DNA from: Octopus vulgaris
Lineage: Eukaryota
Reading direction: 5' to 3'
NCBI GenBank assembly: GCA_951406725.2
Contig: OX597822.1
Span: 65,472,001 to 65,536,000, forward strand
Length of the DNA stretch: 64,000 bases
The notes under the pieces were generated by a model, which saw only the letters and a list, made by a program, of their open reading frames with translations, was not told the DNA's origin and did no database searches. The translations under genes and the position numbers were made by a program. Numbering within the stretch: position 1 is the first letter of the stretch; every line of letters begins with the position of its first letter. Positions 25,478-39,895 of this stretch are shown one piece after another.

Positions 25478-25508
<31 letters not shown>

Positions 25509-25599
25509 AACACATATATATATATATGTATATATATATGTATGTATGTATATATATATATATATATATGTATGTATATATATATATGTATGTATATAG

Positions 25600-25654
<55 letters not shown>

Positions 25655-25907
25655 GTTATATATATACATATATATATATAAAAGAATCCTTACCGTCCGG
25701 CACGGTAAGAATTCTTCCGGCTGACCGCCTTATGTATGTCTATGATAGACTACAATTTCCTAAATAGCCAGGACAACAATTTCCTCGAGAAAGGCAAGCT
25801 TTACTATCTAGCAATTTCACCAAATTAGCAACGTAGCTTAAAAATAATGAGAATAGGCGGCGCATGGTTAAAGTTTTGCAAACAGTTTCAGACTGTAGCT
25901 TAGAATG

Positions 25908-26118
25908 GGGGCTAAACATAGAGGGGGCAAACACGGACAGACAAACGGATTAAGTCGATTACATCTACCCCAGTGCGTAACTGGTATTTATTTAATCGAC
26001 CCCGAATGAATGAATGCCAAAGTCAACCTTGGCGGAATTTGAACTCAGAACGTAAAGGCAGACGAAAAAACGCTAAGCATTTCGCCCGGCGTGCTAACGA
26101 TTCTGCCAGCTCGCCGCC
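25908..26118 (-). mobile_element. SINE family D
   Basis: Reverse complement of the family D head and body. Confidence 0.85.
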
Positions 26119-26350
26119 CTGTTAGAATGAATATTTTCAGTGACAACGTATGCGTAGCCTGCAGGTGGAAAGAAAGAAGAACTCTTGTATCAAGGCTTCA
26201 AGCCAAGGACTAGATGTAGTTCATAATCTGAGTATTGTGACAGGACTACCACTGTATAATAATATTGCATAAATGGAGCAGTCCATAATATTTAAAGCAG
26301 TAGTCCCATAGTCACATTTCTATGGTGGTCGAGAATTTAGCTACTTAGAT

Positions 26351-26701
26351 CAGGGATCCTCAAACATATTTTTATCTATGGAACCCTTTGATTGCTATTT
26401 TCTTCTGGTGGACCCTCATCACCATTTGATGATTAAAATCTAGCTTTATAGAATGTTTATTTATAGAATGTTTATTTATGCATTCACACATTAAGTTGTG
26501 TAGGTTGAACTGTGTGAAATGTGCGGGAAAGAAATCTAGCTGTTTCATACAATAAATGCCAATACACACATCTAAAACCAATTTTTTTCAAGGGCTCTTA
26601 AAATACTACTGTGGATCCCCAATTTACTATTTTGTTTTTTGGAACCCAAAAATCTTATATGGACCCTCAGGGGACAAACGATCCTTGGTTGAGAACCACT
26701 G
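26351..26701. mobile_element. hAT (Charlie-like) MITE
   Basis: Termini CAGGGATCCTCAAAC and GGTTGAGAACCACTG. 8-bp TSD ACTTAGAT/ACTTAGAC. Confidence 0.8.
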
Positions 26702-26743
26702 ACTTAGACTCTGACGGCGTTGATATATTTAACTAAAAAAGGG

Positions 26744-26962
26744 GCAGGAGCTGGCAGAATCGTTAGCACGCTGAGCAAAATGCTTAGTATCATTTAGTCG
26801 GTCTTTACGTTCTGAGTTCAAATTCTGCTGATGTCGAATTTCTTTTTATCTTTTTCAGTGTCGATAAAATAAGTAACATTTGAGAGAAACTGTGGTTGAT
26901 GTAATCGGCTTCTGAATCCCACATACGTTGAACTTGCTGGACTTAAGCCAAAATTTGAAACC
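26744..26962 (+). mobile_element. SINE family D (diverged)
   Basis: GAGCTGGCAGAATCGTTAGCAC...TTCTGAGTTCAAATTC. Confidence 0.75.
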
Positions 26963-27449
26963 AACATATTAGACTAAAATACTTTACTTGACCTTTATTA
27001 GCCAAGCAAATGAACTAATATCATTTTTCCAAAAGTAAGTACTTATTTGATAGGATGTTTACCATATGGTAATCAGCTTACTGTGCGAAGTAAAGTCTTT
27101 TTACATAGCTATACGGTTACATCAATCAGCTAAATCTATTGCACTATATGTCTGCCATTAATTCCCGAAGGAAAAATATGTAAGGCGTGGCATTATCACA
27201 TCTTAGTCCCTTCACTAAATAAATCTTTTACTAGACAATATGTAAATCATATCAAAATATGTTAAGATATGTCACAGTTAGAGCCTCACAGCATCCCATT
27301 TCGCAACGTTTAAATAGTTAATTCATGCCCCAAACTACTTTAACGCTACGTAACTTCCTCTTCATAATTTCTACAGTGTATGGTTAAGTATGGAATCATT
27401 ACTGATTAGAGGAAATGTCGGTTAGAAATATTTAGATGAGCATTCTGAA

Positions 27450-27504
<55 letters not shown>

Positions 27505-27552
27505 CACATCCAAACATGCGTTCTTACAACATACACGCATATGTATATACAA

Positions 27553-27585
<33 letters not shown>

Positions 27586-27589
27586 CATA

Positions 27590-27803
27590 TACAGGAGGGG
27601 ATGCAGAAAAGTTCTTGGCTTTAATGGTATCATGAAAGGCCTAGCTGGAGTACCAACCTTTCGGGTTCTTTTAATGTGCTTAGAAGAACTGAAGGATCGC
27701 CACAGTAAGTGTCTGAATCTGGGAGAATATGTTGAATGGAATCATAATTAATTGACTTGATGCTTTTAACCAAAGCACGGAACATTTCAGTAACCCTTCG
27801 AAT
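27590..27803 (+). mobile_element. Mariner-derived MITE
   Basis: Degenerate TIRs (GAGGGGATGCAGAAAAGTTC / GAACATTTCAGTAACCCTTC). Internal [10 protein letters not shown] resembles a mariner C-terminus. Confidence 0.55.
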
Positions 27804-27839
27804 ATGTACCTATGTGTGTGTATGTGTGTGTGTAAATAG

Positions 27840-28200
27840 AAGCCCGAAACTTTTCGGGAGGAGCCAGTCGATTAGATCGACCCCAGTGCGCAACTAGCAC
27901 TTAATTTCTCGACCCCGAAAGGATAAAAGGCAAAGTCGACTTCGGCCGAATTTGAACTCGGAACGTAAAGACAGACGAAATACCTATTTCTTTACTACCC
28001 AGAAGGGGCTAAACACAGAAGGGATAAACAAGGACAGACAAACGGATTAAGTCGATTGCATCGACCCCAGTGCGTAACTGGTACTCAATTTATCGACCCC
28101 GAAAGGATGAAAGGCAAAGTCGACCTCGGCGGAATTTGAACTCAGAACGTAACGGCAGACGAAATACGGCTACGCATTTCACCCGGCGTGCTAACGTTCC
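27840..28200 (-). mobile_element. SINE family D, dimeric
   Basis: Two body units plus a partial head. Confidence 0.85.
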
Positions 28201-28584
28201 TATGCCATTTGTGACAGAAATTTATGATATTTCAGACTATCCTTCCTTGTGGAGAGAGAGAAAAACATTTCTCCTTCGTCCTTGAGACATGAGAGATTAA
28301 ATACCCATAGCTGCACACATGCATACATAAACATACAATCATATGTCATATACATACTAACATTCATGCACACACCGACACACGCCCACACACATACATA
28401 TATGATGAGATTTCGGTGTTCAAGTTGGAGAAAAGTAGACAACACATCTAACAGTGTATATATTTGAATTTTGAGACTAAAAATATTCTTGAATGTCCGT
28501 CTTCAGCTCAGCGTGTTGCCTTTGCCGACAATTTTTGTTTTGACCTGAGCTATACACGAAATCCAAAGCCACCTTTACTTCTTA

Positions 28585-28932
28585 ACTCTTTCTTCTTTAA
28601 CTTGTTTTAGTCATGTGACTGTGGTCATGCTGGAGTACCACCTTTAGTGGAGCAATTCGACCCCAGGACGTATTCTTTGTAAGCCTAGTACTTATTCTTA
28701 CGGGGACGTAAACTCACCAGCATCGGTTGTCAAGCGATCTTGAGGTGACAAACACAGGCACACAAACACACACACATATATACATATATACATATATACG
28801 ACGGGATTCTTTCAGTTTCTGTCTACCAAATCCACTCACAAGGCTTTGGTCCAAGGTGTCATGCAGTGGAACTGAACCCGGAACGATGTGGTTCGTAAGG
28901 AAGCTACTTACCACACAGCCACTCCAACGCCT
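28585..28932 (-). mobile_element. SINE family A (internal deletions)
   Basis: Homologous to 14402-14821. Confidence 0.85.
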
Positions 28933-30080
28933 ATAACTTTTAGAGTCTTTTAGCTTAAAAAAGTGTAATGCTCACACATATGTATGTATGTGTGTGCATG
29001 TGTTTGTGTGAGTGTGTGTGTTTCTATTTGTTTTGTGTGTTTGTGTTTGTGTACAAATATGCGTGCGTACGTAAGTTCAGTTAGGAACTGATTCATTCTG
29101 CAAAGTATAGGCATGCGTCTCACAAAAGCTACATCCTTCTTTCAAAATATCTCGGCCATCTTAGATGTTATTTATGAAAACAATGACCAACTCATTCATG
29201 GAAATATGTAAATACGATTATGTTGTTTTCGTGAATAAAAATAATAAAAAATATAAATATAACATAAAGGAACGGTTGCTAGTCTTTCCAATGGTATTTC
29301 CTGTAACAGCAGGTAGTAGACGAAGGATTGTAACACAGGTGCTTTATACACAAGCAACACACCGAAATAAGAAGAACCAGTTATAACTCTACAGAGAAAG
29401 GGTGGGGAGCAACGCAAAAAAAAACCCAAAAAAACATAAGAACAAAAATCGAAATCAAAACATACACATGGTAAAATGAAATATAGAAAACAAAAAGTGA
29501 AGACGAAAAAAACAAAAATGTTTCCATATGAAATATTGTACAATCTGCAGCTGAAGGCCATAAGACAAAACACAGAATCACAGCTCCATTCGTTGAAAGG
29601 GCGCTCCTTGGAAGACTGGCTAATATAATTATTATCAAATTGAATTGATTCTACATACGTCTCGTTTATAACTGCTGCCGTCTGTCTATTTATTTTTGAA
29701 AAACCGCTGGGTTTTTTTTTATTATTTATTTTTGTGTTGTTTCACTTTGTTTCTTTGTCTTTTCTTTTTCTTTTTCGCCGTTGCCTTTTCAATTGAAACC
29801 GGTCCCATTTTGTATGAATGAGAAATATGATGATAAACAAAAGGATACGTTACATAAGGAACAGAAGACGAATGTTTTTAGCGATGACATTCACAGGAGA
29901 TTTGTTTCTATTTTATTTTAATTCGTTTTTTTTTTCATTTTATTTTATTTTATTTTATTTTATTTCATTTTATTTTTTAATGAGGAAGGTCTCTCTTTTT
30001 CAAATTCACTATCATCGCTACTGCTGCCGCTGCTGTTACATTTGTCTCCGGTGCTACCACTACTGCCACTGCCACTACTA

Positions 30081-30125
<45 letters not shown>

Positions 30126-30459
30126 TTTCTACCACTACTACTGCTGTCTTCTTCTTCTAATCAGGACTCACGCCATTAGCCACAAAGAATAATCTCTAGT
30201 TCGAGCCTACTCTAAGCTACTAAGAATGCGCGTGGCAACTTGAAGATCCACCCTTCACACGCGATAGACTGGCGGTTGCACGGACGCGAAAGCTGCGTTG
30301 TTATCCTCATTCCATAAACGGTGGCTTTTAACGCTTGGAGAGCTGAACCAACCTAGGGTACTGAGGATTCGCAATCTAGACTAGGGTCTGAAAGTTTACC
30401 ACACCATAGTGGGTTACACAATGGATCCTCTGCTTTGTGGCAGAAGTAGGAAGTAATGG

Positions 30460-30632
30460 TGAGAGAAAGTTGTGGTGAAAGAGTGCAGCGTGGTTCACCA
30501 CCTCACGCCGGAGCCTCGTGGAGCTTAAGTGTTTTTGCTGAATAAACACTCACAGTGCCCGGTCTGGGAATCGAAGCCACGTCCTTACGACCGCGAGTCC
30601 GCTGCCCTAACCACTGGGCCACTACGCCTCCA
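30460..30632 (-). mobile_element. SINE family C, 5' part
   Basis: tRNA-like head GGAGGCGTAGTGGCCCAGTGGTTAGGGC on the minus strand. Confidence 0.8.
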
Positions 30633-30697
30633 CCAGCGCTGTTGTTGCACTTATTGCTGCTACTATTCCTATTCCGGCTATTATTAGCTCTGTTATT

Positions 30698-30916
30698 AAG
30701 GCGGTGAACTGGCAGAATCGTTAACACGCCACAGGAAATGCTTAGCGATATTTCACCCATCGCTATGTTCTGAGATCAAATTCCGCCGGGGTGAACTTCG
30801 CCTGTTATCTTTTCGGGGTCGAATAATTAAGTACCTGTGAAGCACTGGGTTCGATGCAATCGACTGTCCCCTTCCCACAAATTTCTGGCCTTGTGGCTTT
30901 AGTAGAAAGGATTATT
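30698..30916 (+). mobile_element. SINE family D variant
   Basis: AGGCGGTGAACTGGCAGAATCGTTA head and a (ATT)n tail. Confidence 0.8.
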
Positions 30917-31619
30917 ACTGCTGTTATTGGTGCTATTGATGCTGTTGTTGTTACTGTGGGTCTAGCGTTAGCAAAAACGCTAGTTTGCATATTCATGCTT
31001 CCTGCCTTTGGCATGTAGCATTAAAGTGGTCGTTGTGCTGCTTAAGGGATATTTGGACCCTTTGTTCTCCATTGTCACAAGTAACTACGCACTATTTTGG
31101 AGGTCGATCGGTCAGGTGATTCTCTCCAAATTTCCCTAATGCTTGTACCAGGATTTCTATTCGATTCCGCGACCATCTCTGCTGGTGTAAGTTACGAATT
31201 GGAATGTCTCCCTTGCCCCTTGGGACGACCAGCAGCAGCAGCAGCAACCGTCATATTTTTTTCTGTAGGTTATATGCAGCACGTTTATTTCATTACACAC
31301 AAACCTTTGTAAAGTAAATTGAGGACATACTCCACGATGTACATGGGCTGATTGAGTAACGATTCAACTCTCTAACAGAAAATTTTAGTTTTACAGTTCG
31401 AAATATTCTTCCACTAGAGATGAAGCCTTTTTTAAACATCAACGCTTTCTTCAGGCATCCCTTAAGGTATCAGCCTCCCAAAACTGAATATGACGCTTAT
31501 ATAACAGGGTATATTATGACATATTACATCCAGTGGCACAGCTATACTCATGGAGGAGATTTATTTTTGTTTTTGTCCACGATTTCTTGCTATAGAGAAC
31601 TCTTCCATCCTTATTTTTT

Positions 31620-32394
31620 TTTATTGCCCACAAGGAGCTAAACATAGATGGGACAAACAAGGACAGACAAAAGGATTAAGTCGATTAAATCGACCCCAGT
31701 GCGTAACTGGTACTTAATTTATCTACTCCGAAAAGATGAAAGGAAAAGTCGATCTCAATGGAATTTGAACTCAGAACATAACGGCAGACGAAATACCTAT
31801 TTCTTTACTACCCACAAGGGGATAAACACGGCGAGGACAAACAAGGACAGACAAACGGATTAAGTCGATTATATCGACCCCCAGTGCGTAACTGGTACTT
31901 AATTTATCGACCCCGAAAGGAAGAAAGGCAAAGTCGATCTGGACGGAATTTGAACTCAGAACGTAACGGCAGACGAAATACCTATTTCTTTACTACCTAC
32001 AAGGGGATAAACACAGCGAGGACAAACAACGACAGACATAGGTATTAAGTCGATTATATCGACCCCAGTGCGTAACTGGTACTTAATTTATCGACCCCGA
32101 AAGGATAAAAGGCAAAGTCGATCTCGACGGAATTTGAACTCAGAACGTAACAGCAGACGAAATACCTATTTCTTTACTACCCACAAGGGGATAAACACGG
32201 CGAGGACAAACAAGGACAGACAAACGGATTAAGTCGATTATATCGACCCCAGTGCGTAACTGGTACTTAATTTATCGACCCCGAAAGGATGAAAGACAAA
32301 GTCAACCGTGGCGGAATTTGAACTCAGAACGTAACGGCAGACGAAAAACCGCTAAGTATTTCGCCCGGCGTGCTTACGTTGCCGCCAGTTCGCC
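31620..32394 (-). mobile_element. SINE family D with four tandem body units of about 184-185 bp
   Basis: The unit marker CCTATTTC occurs at 31796, 31981 and 32165. A single head lies at about 32345-32394. Confidence 0.9.
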
Positions 32395-32996
32395 CTTCCA
32401 TCCATTTGCCGCAGACCGCACCGCTATGATGCACTCTGTTGCTTGAACAGCGCTGATGTTATGCTGTCTATTAAAGTGGCAGTAGCGACAGTGATTAACA
32501 TGGTGTGGTTGTTGTCTTTTGCCATAATGGTAATGCGGATGAATCTCGCTTGCCGCAGTAAGAAGTGGTTCACTTTCAGTGGGGCTGGCGGTGGCAATGT
32601 TTGTATTGCCGTTGAAACAGTACATGTTGTTGATGTTAATAAGTATATTTCTGTAGGTTTTTGCTGTTGTCATTTCTGTTGTAGTTACAGCTCACCGCGG
32701 TTGTATTCGCGGTAATAGATGTGTTGCTGTATGATGGAATTCGCCACTTGTGAATGATTCGCCATGGCAAAACATATTTGGTCCTTAAAATCATTTCCCT
32801 GCTTTCCTAGTTGCTGCGTTATACGCATACATGATATCTTCTAAATAAATAAAAACTGATTAACTAACAAATTACATCGCTTACTGATTAAGAAACTAAC
32901 GAAATAATAGCTAACTAACTAAATATATAGGTAAACGTTTTAACTTTCAGGTTCAAGAGCCAAGAAAGTAACCAGCCCCTTGGGGTCCTGGTTGGT

Positions 32997-33393
32997 CTAC
33001 TCTTTTACTCTTTTACCTGTTTCAGTCATTTGACTGTGGCCATGCTGAAGCACCGCCTTTATTCGAGAAAATCGACCCCATGACTTATTCTTTGTAAGCC
33101 TAGTACTTATTCTATCGGTGTCTTTTGCCGAACCGCTAAGTTACGGGGAAGTAAACACACCAGCATCGGTTTTCAAGCGATGTTGGAGGTACAAACACAA
33201 ACATACAAACATATATATATACTAATTTATACGACGGGCTTCTTTCAGTCTCTGTCTACCAAATCCACTCATAAGGCTTTGGTCGGCCCGAGGCGATAGT
33301 AGAAAACACCTGCCCAAGGTGCCACGCCGTGGAACTGAACCCGGAACCATGTGGGTGGTAAGCAAGCTACTTACCACACAACCACTCCTACGC
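32997..33393 (-). mobile_element. SINE family A
   Basis: Homologous to 14402-14821. Confidence 0.9.
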
Positions 33394-33889
33394 AACAAAA
33401 CGTACATAATAAATTAAAATCTCAAAACAAATAACACAATGATAACAAAACAACTAACATTCAATAAAATTCGTTTCGATGTAAATAACGGCCTAATAAA
33501 ATAAAAAAAAACGAAACCGGTTAAAGAGGGAAATTCCTTTTCCCCTGTTCTTTCATTTGTTTTATCATGCTTAATCCTAACGAAATTCCACTTAGAAAAC
33601 TGAAATTGGGCTGCATGAAAGGGAGAAAAACAACTTCCCTAAATCGAATATTTTTTCATGGTTGACTTAAACATATTCACCAAACTGGAGAAAGTAGCCA
33701 ATTCATTTGTTAAAACAATACATGTATGGAGTGTGATGTATATCAAAATGTGCAAATTTAGTGAGAAAGAAAGAGAGAGAAAAGACCCCCAATTTTAACG
33801 GAATAGTTTTATCGGAAGGATCAGATTTTAGAACCTGTTGACTACGGTTGCATATGCGTAGACATGCAGGACTTCATGACATCTTGCAA

Positions 33890-35030
33890 AAAGGAAATGA
33901 AAAATCGAAGACAACGTGCACGAAAGGATTAAAACAGCCATGGAAGTCAAAACTTAAAAGAAATTGATAAGCGCAGTAAACACGAAAGTGGATGACGTCA
34001 TGCAGTATAAAATGGTAAATAATGAATCGAATGGAAGATGAAATAGATGCGTGAGATAGAAAAGCGAGAGAATTTTAGCTATAAACGTAGAGCTACATCT
34101 GAAGGAATTATGGAAGACTAGAGGGACAGGGCACTTATTAGCATTTATGATTGTATAGATGGAGAGCAAGGATCTGAAACACTGTGCACAAAAAGAGGAT
34201 GGCTACCTAAATATTCTGTAATAAAAAAAGAATAAAGAATTCCCGGTATTGAACTTGAACAGAAGAATGTATTTATTGAAGATGGTTAATTTGTGAAAGA
34301 AAGGAAGCGTTGAATGAAATGGTTCCTCATAGCAGTGACTTCGGTGTAGAGTTTAAAGCAAGAAGGAGAGTTGATTATTAGATATTTAAAATCAAGTACA
34401 AGATGCTAACCAAGGGAATAAGGTAATTTATGCACCCCCTTCAATAAATAAATACCACCCGTGGAATTAGCTAATGGTGACTATACATCGTATAGAAGTT
34501 GGTTGAAAATTGTTAATTCAGATAGAATGTCGACTACGGCGTAAGAATTTCCAATTCATAAAGGTACTAGGGGGAAATATAGAACATATAGTTACTCCAA
34601 GATATAGTGTAGAAAGCCGCTGGGACCAGCTATTAGGGTCCAAAGAGATATTCACTGATCGCCGATCCGTGTTATCCTAGATCAGTTCGTGATGAGAATT
34701 ACAGGAAACTGTCGGTAGAGTACTGATTTATCCAACATCAGTGTGGAATATACCAGTGATAAATATGGATAGATGTACCTTATAAGAGACGTTGCAATTT
34801 CTTCAGGCAAAGCGATGCAGATGAAAAAGGAGAGAACTCAAAATACTACAAAAAAACAAAAAAAGTTGAAATATCATGATTATTAAGAAAAAGAGAAGCA
34901 AATTTGAAGTTGCATCAGTAGATTTAATTGTAGATAGATGATTGTAATAACTGAAAAGGTTAGGGCAGGAATAGACAAAGAAACAAATGAAATTTCTAGA
35001 AATGTGTTGATGAATAAGGCATTTTAGTTC
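33890..35030 (+). pseudogene. Very degraded R4/Dong-like (RLE) non-LTR retrotransposon fragment
   Basis: Broken translations LISAVNT, DRKAREILAIN..LH and YLIRDVAISSG..M.KE resemble the post-RT and RLE regions. Many stops. Confidence 0.45.
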
Positions 35031-35123
35031 AAATTTTACATTTTTGAAGACGAGAAATAGAAAACCAGTACGTTACACAGATGCTACGTAATAAGTAAAC
35101 AACAACAACAACAACAACAATAA

Positions 35124-35850
35124 TGTTCCTTTCTACTAAAGAAACAATGCCTGAAATTTTGGGGGAGGGGACCAGTCAATTATATCGACTCCAGTGTTTC
35201 TCTGGTACTTAATTTCTCGACGTCTAAAGGACGTAAAAAAAGTGGACTGCGGCGGAACAAGAACAATAATATTAATCCTTTTTACTAAAAGCACAAGGCC
35301 TGAGATTCGTGAGGAGGGGGCTAGTCCCTTTACATCGACCCCAGTATTTTAGTGGTACTTAATTTGTCCCCCCCACCGGTATTATGAAAGGCAAAGACGA
35401 CCTCGGCGGAATTTGAACTCAGAACATAGCGACGGGTGAAATACCTATTTCTTTACTACCCACAAGGGGCTAAACACAGAGAGGACAAACAAGGACAGAC
35501 AAACGGATTAAGACGATTATATCGACCCCAGTACGTAACTGGTACTTAATTTATCGACTCCGAAAGGATGAAAGGCAAAGTCGACCTCGGCGGAATTTGA
35601 ACTCAGAACGTAGCGGCGGGTGAAATACCGCTAAGCATTACGTCCAGCGTGCTAACGATTCTGATAGCTCGCTGCTTTAACAACAACAATAATAATCTTT
35701 GCTACTATAGGCAAAAGGCCTGCAATTTGTGAGGAGAGGGATAGTCGATTACATTGACCCCCAGTACTTGCCTGGTACTTACTTTCTCGACCCCGAAGTG
35801 GATCTAGGTGGATTTTAAACTGAGAACATAATGTCAGACGAAATTCAGCG
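35124..35850 (-). mobile_element. Cluster of nested or tandem SINE family D copies
   Basis: Repeated CTGGTACTTAATTT/GGCGGAATTTGAACTCAG units separated by (AAC/AAT)n. Confidence 0.8.
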
Positions 35851-36561
35851 AAGTATTAATAATAATAATAATGATAATAATAATAATAATAATAATTCAT
35901 CGATCACGGTGCTCAACTTTTGGTTATTTTAACCCCGAAATAATAAAAGACACAGTCAACTTCGGCGGATTTGAACTCACAACATATAGAACCAGATCAA
36001 ATGACGCAAATTATACTTTCTAACAAAGGCATGAAGTTAGGACATTCTCTCTGGCCATCATGTGTACACGTACAGCATTGTATTCGCAATATGTTCTCAA
36101 ATCATCAGAGTACTACAGCTTGCGAGTATGTGTATCTTCGCTTATATCTCCCCCATTACGTCATACATTCTTGTGTTATAGACCATCTACTATAATAATA
36201 CTCTAGTGTTTTTCTCCGTCGCAGCATATATGAATGAGAAAGGAAGGGGTGACAGATGAGTAAGGAAGGAAGGGGTGATGGCAAAGTGATAGTAAGATGA
36301 TGGAAATATTAAAGTGAAGAAAAATCAAACAGCGTTTCAACTCTGTGTGAGTATAAGTGTGTGTGTGTGTATGTAAAATGGAGGTGTGTGTGTTGTGTGT
36401 GCAATGGAATTGAGATGGTGAACATTCAACGCTGAAAAGGAAAATCAAACAGCGTTTCAACTGTGTATGTGTGTATATGTGTGTGTATGTGTGTGCGTGT
36501 ACAAGGGAAGTATGTGGACGTTTGTATCTGTGATTATTATGTACCTTATTTTGTACCTTAC

Positions 36562-36987
36562 TTACTCTTTTACTTGTTTCAGTCATTTGACTGTGGCCAT
36601 GCTGCAGCACCGCCTTTAGTCGAGCAAATCGACCCCAGGACTTATTCTTTGTAAACCTAGGACTTATTTTATCGGTCGCTTTTGCCGAATCGCTTAGTTA
36701 CGAAGCCAAAAACACACCAGCATCGGTTGTCAAGCGATGTTGGGGGTACAAACACAGACACACAAACATACACACAGACACACACACAAACACACTCACG
36801 CATATATATATATATATATATATACGACGGGATTCTTTCAGTTTCCGTCTACCAACTCTACTCAAAAGTCTTTGGTTTGCCCGAGGCTTTAGTAGAAGAC
36901 ACTTACCCAAGGTGCCATGCAGTGGGACTGAACCCAGAACTATGTGGTTGGTAAGCAAGCTACTTACCACACAGCTACTCCTACTCC
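36562..36987 (-). mobile_element. SINE family A
   Basis: Homologous to 14402-14821. Confidence 0.9.
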
Positions 36988-37061
36988 TTATAAAATATTA
37001 CAATTAGCCGTTATTTTTTGACGGAACGTGGCCATCTAGTAGTAAAATCAAAGAGTCATAT

Positions 37062-38601
37062 CTGACCTCGGTGATATTCAAAATCAGAACATATATTGCT
37101 ATATACTGTCTTGACAATGGTGTTACTCCAGAGCAGTGGAAAACTGCCAGTGTTATCCCTCTGTTCAAAAAAGGTGACCGCACATCGCCTGTCAACTATC
37201 GCCCCGTTAGTATTACTAGCTGCATCGCCAAACTGATGGAATCCTGCGTCAGGGAAACCCTCTGGAACTTCTGGAAGTCTCACAGCCTCATCCAGCCGTC
37301 ACAATTTGGATTTATTCCTAACCCCAGCTGCCGTAATCAACTCATCGAGTGTCTTGAGGACATTACCCAAATCACTGGACTTTGCTAAGGCTTTTAACTC
37401 TGTGCCACACAAAAGACTTATGGTGAAACTCTCTGCGTTGGGCGTAAGAAACGAACTCCATAACTGCTTGACGTCCTTTATTTTCGGCCGAAAAGAGGTT
37501 GTCACAGTTCTAGGACAGCACTCTTCACCCTATGAGATGACATCAGGTGTACCACAGGGATCTGTTCTTGGCGCCCTTTTATTTGTTGCATATGTTAATA
37601 ACATAGATGCCAACTTAAAGAATGCCACAATGCTGAAATATGCAGATGACATCAAGCTGTACCTCGAAATAAAGAGGTCAGATCTTGTACATTTTAGATC
37701 TCTATTGCAAGCAGGCCTGGACACAAGGCAGCAGTGGATCATGGACAGGCAACTCAAGCTGGCTGTGGACAAATGTACCACCATGCATTTTGGGAGGAGA
37801 AACCCAGCGTCCACTTACTCCCTCCACAACACTAATCTCAAAAATTCTTCGTGTGAACGTGACCTGGGTGTTATTGTCGACAGCAATTTGCGTTGGACAA
37901 AACACATCGCTAAAATTGCCAAGAAGGCTGAGGGTGTCTTGGCATTACTCACCAAGTCCTTTGTGAGCTGCTCTCCGGCTAACTATCTGCGGCTTTATAC
38001 AGCTATGGTAAGACCTCACCTGGAATTTGCATCACCGGTCTGGAACCCCTATCTTGCCCAGGATATTAATCGTCTGGAAGCCGTTCAGCGACGTGCAACC
38101 AAAAGAATACCCTCCATCAGGCATTTGCCATATTCTGAACGCCTAACTTCCCTAACACATTGAAACTCCGACGTCTGGCAGCTGACTTGGCAGACACCCA
38201 TAAAATTATTAACCATCTTACAAACAATAACTCGAACACCGTTTCAAACTCCACCCGTCTAACACTCGTGGACATATTTACAAAGTCAGAAAACAGCACA
38301 GCTCCCATGACTTTAGGAAACATTTTCACGCTGAGAGTTGCTGAAGCATGGAACAAACTGCCGGCATCAGTTGTTAGTTGTCGGAGCACTGCATCTTTCA
38401 AAACTTCCATGCTTTCTGAGATTCGCCAACACTACACCTGATTTCCCCCCCCCCTCCATACACACGCAAGCATGTATCTGACTCATACATTGTTCGCTTT
38501 CCAGACATTTGTACATTACTGCATATACTTTATACGCACTTTCTGACAAGTTGTGGTGCACCTGAGCACTGTATACAATAATTTCATTATTATTATTATT
38601 A
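37062..38601 (+). mobile_element. 5'-truncated CR1-type LINE (reverse transcriptase pseudogene, 3' UTR, (TTA)n tail)
   Basis: ORFs 37071-37388 and 37306-38163 give WKTASVIPLFKKG, NYRPVSITS, QFGF, LDFAKAFNSVPH, GVPQGSVLG, YADD and RPHLEFASPVWNP. Frameshifted, with a TTA tail at 38588-38601. Confidence 0.93.
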
Positions 38602-39046
38602 TGACACAACTGTTTAACTATCACCCGTTTCAAACAAATCTTTTGGTATTATGTGTGTAACAAATGAAAGGCTCATTCAAAAGGAGTTAATCTTTCGTAT
38701 GTAAATATGCGTGCATGCATGTATATGTGCGTATGCGTGCGTTTGTGTTGTACTGTGGAGTCAAGATGAATTGTAAATAACTTCTAAAATAATTCTGAAG
38801 TCAACCAATCCCAGGTCAGTAATGAAAACAGATTGGTAAACGCATTCCATTTTGCTAATAATTAATGTTTCAGAACCGTCATGGTTCTCTCCGTATGACG
38901 ATTGAACAATTGTGATATTCGTAGATTAAGATAATACAGAATATGCAAAGAGTGGATCTTAGAAATAATTAATGTGAAATTCCAAGGCTGGCACTGTAGA
39001 ATAAAATGCAGCTATAAAATGAGAAAAACACATTTTGTCATACGAT

Positions 39047-39112
<66 letters not shown>

Positions 39113-39221
39113 GTTCTTTAAAATCATTCACAAGCTGCTAACGTCGAAGATTTGAACCAATTGACAAAATTCTTACGGGTATTTATACATAATCATACAC
39201 AGGTACTCTCTCTCTCTCTGG

Positions 39222-39252
<31 letters not shown>

Positions 39253-39862
39253 ACACACACACATACACACACAAACGAACATGTAGCTGTAACACATCTA
39301 CATGTATATGTTATACATCCAATATGTGAATTATGTACCTCTATCCTAGCACATAAACACATAACTATATTATATGGTCACATGTGTGAACATATATGTT
39401 GGTTTATATATATGTGTGAGTAAGTATGTGTGTATATATATATCGGAATACACAAATGTGTGTGTGTGTATGTGCATATATATGTATATTTATTTGTATA
39501 TACATATGCGTATATATATATTTGTATATTCCGATGTGGTGTTATATATGAATGAATGAGCTGGAACAATCATATGTATGGATGCCATTACATACACATG
39601 TGCACACACACTCCCACACACACACGCTCACACACATGCTCACACATACACACGCACTCACTTCTGTTCGATAGTAGATATGACTGCACATATTCAGAAA
39701 AGAAATATGCTCATGGACATGAACATAATTACATAGACACACGATTACTGGAACTAGCATAAGATATATGTTCAAACGTATGTGTATGTCTGTATATGTA
39801 TATATATATATGTACACACACACACACACACAGACACATATATATATACACATATATATAAT

Positions 39863-39895
<33 letters not shown>

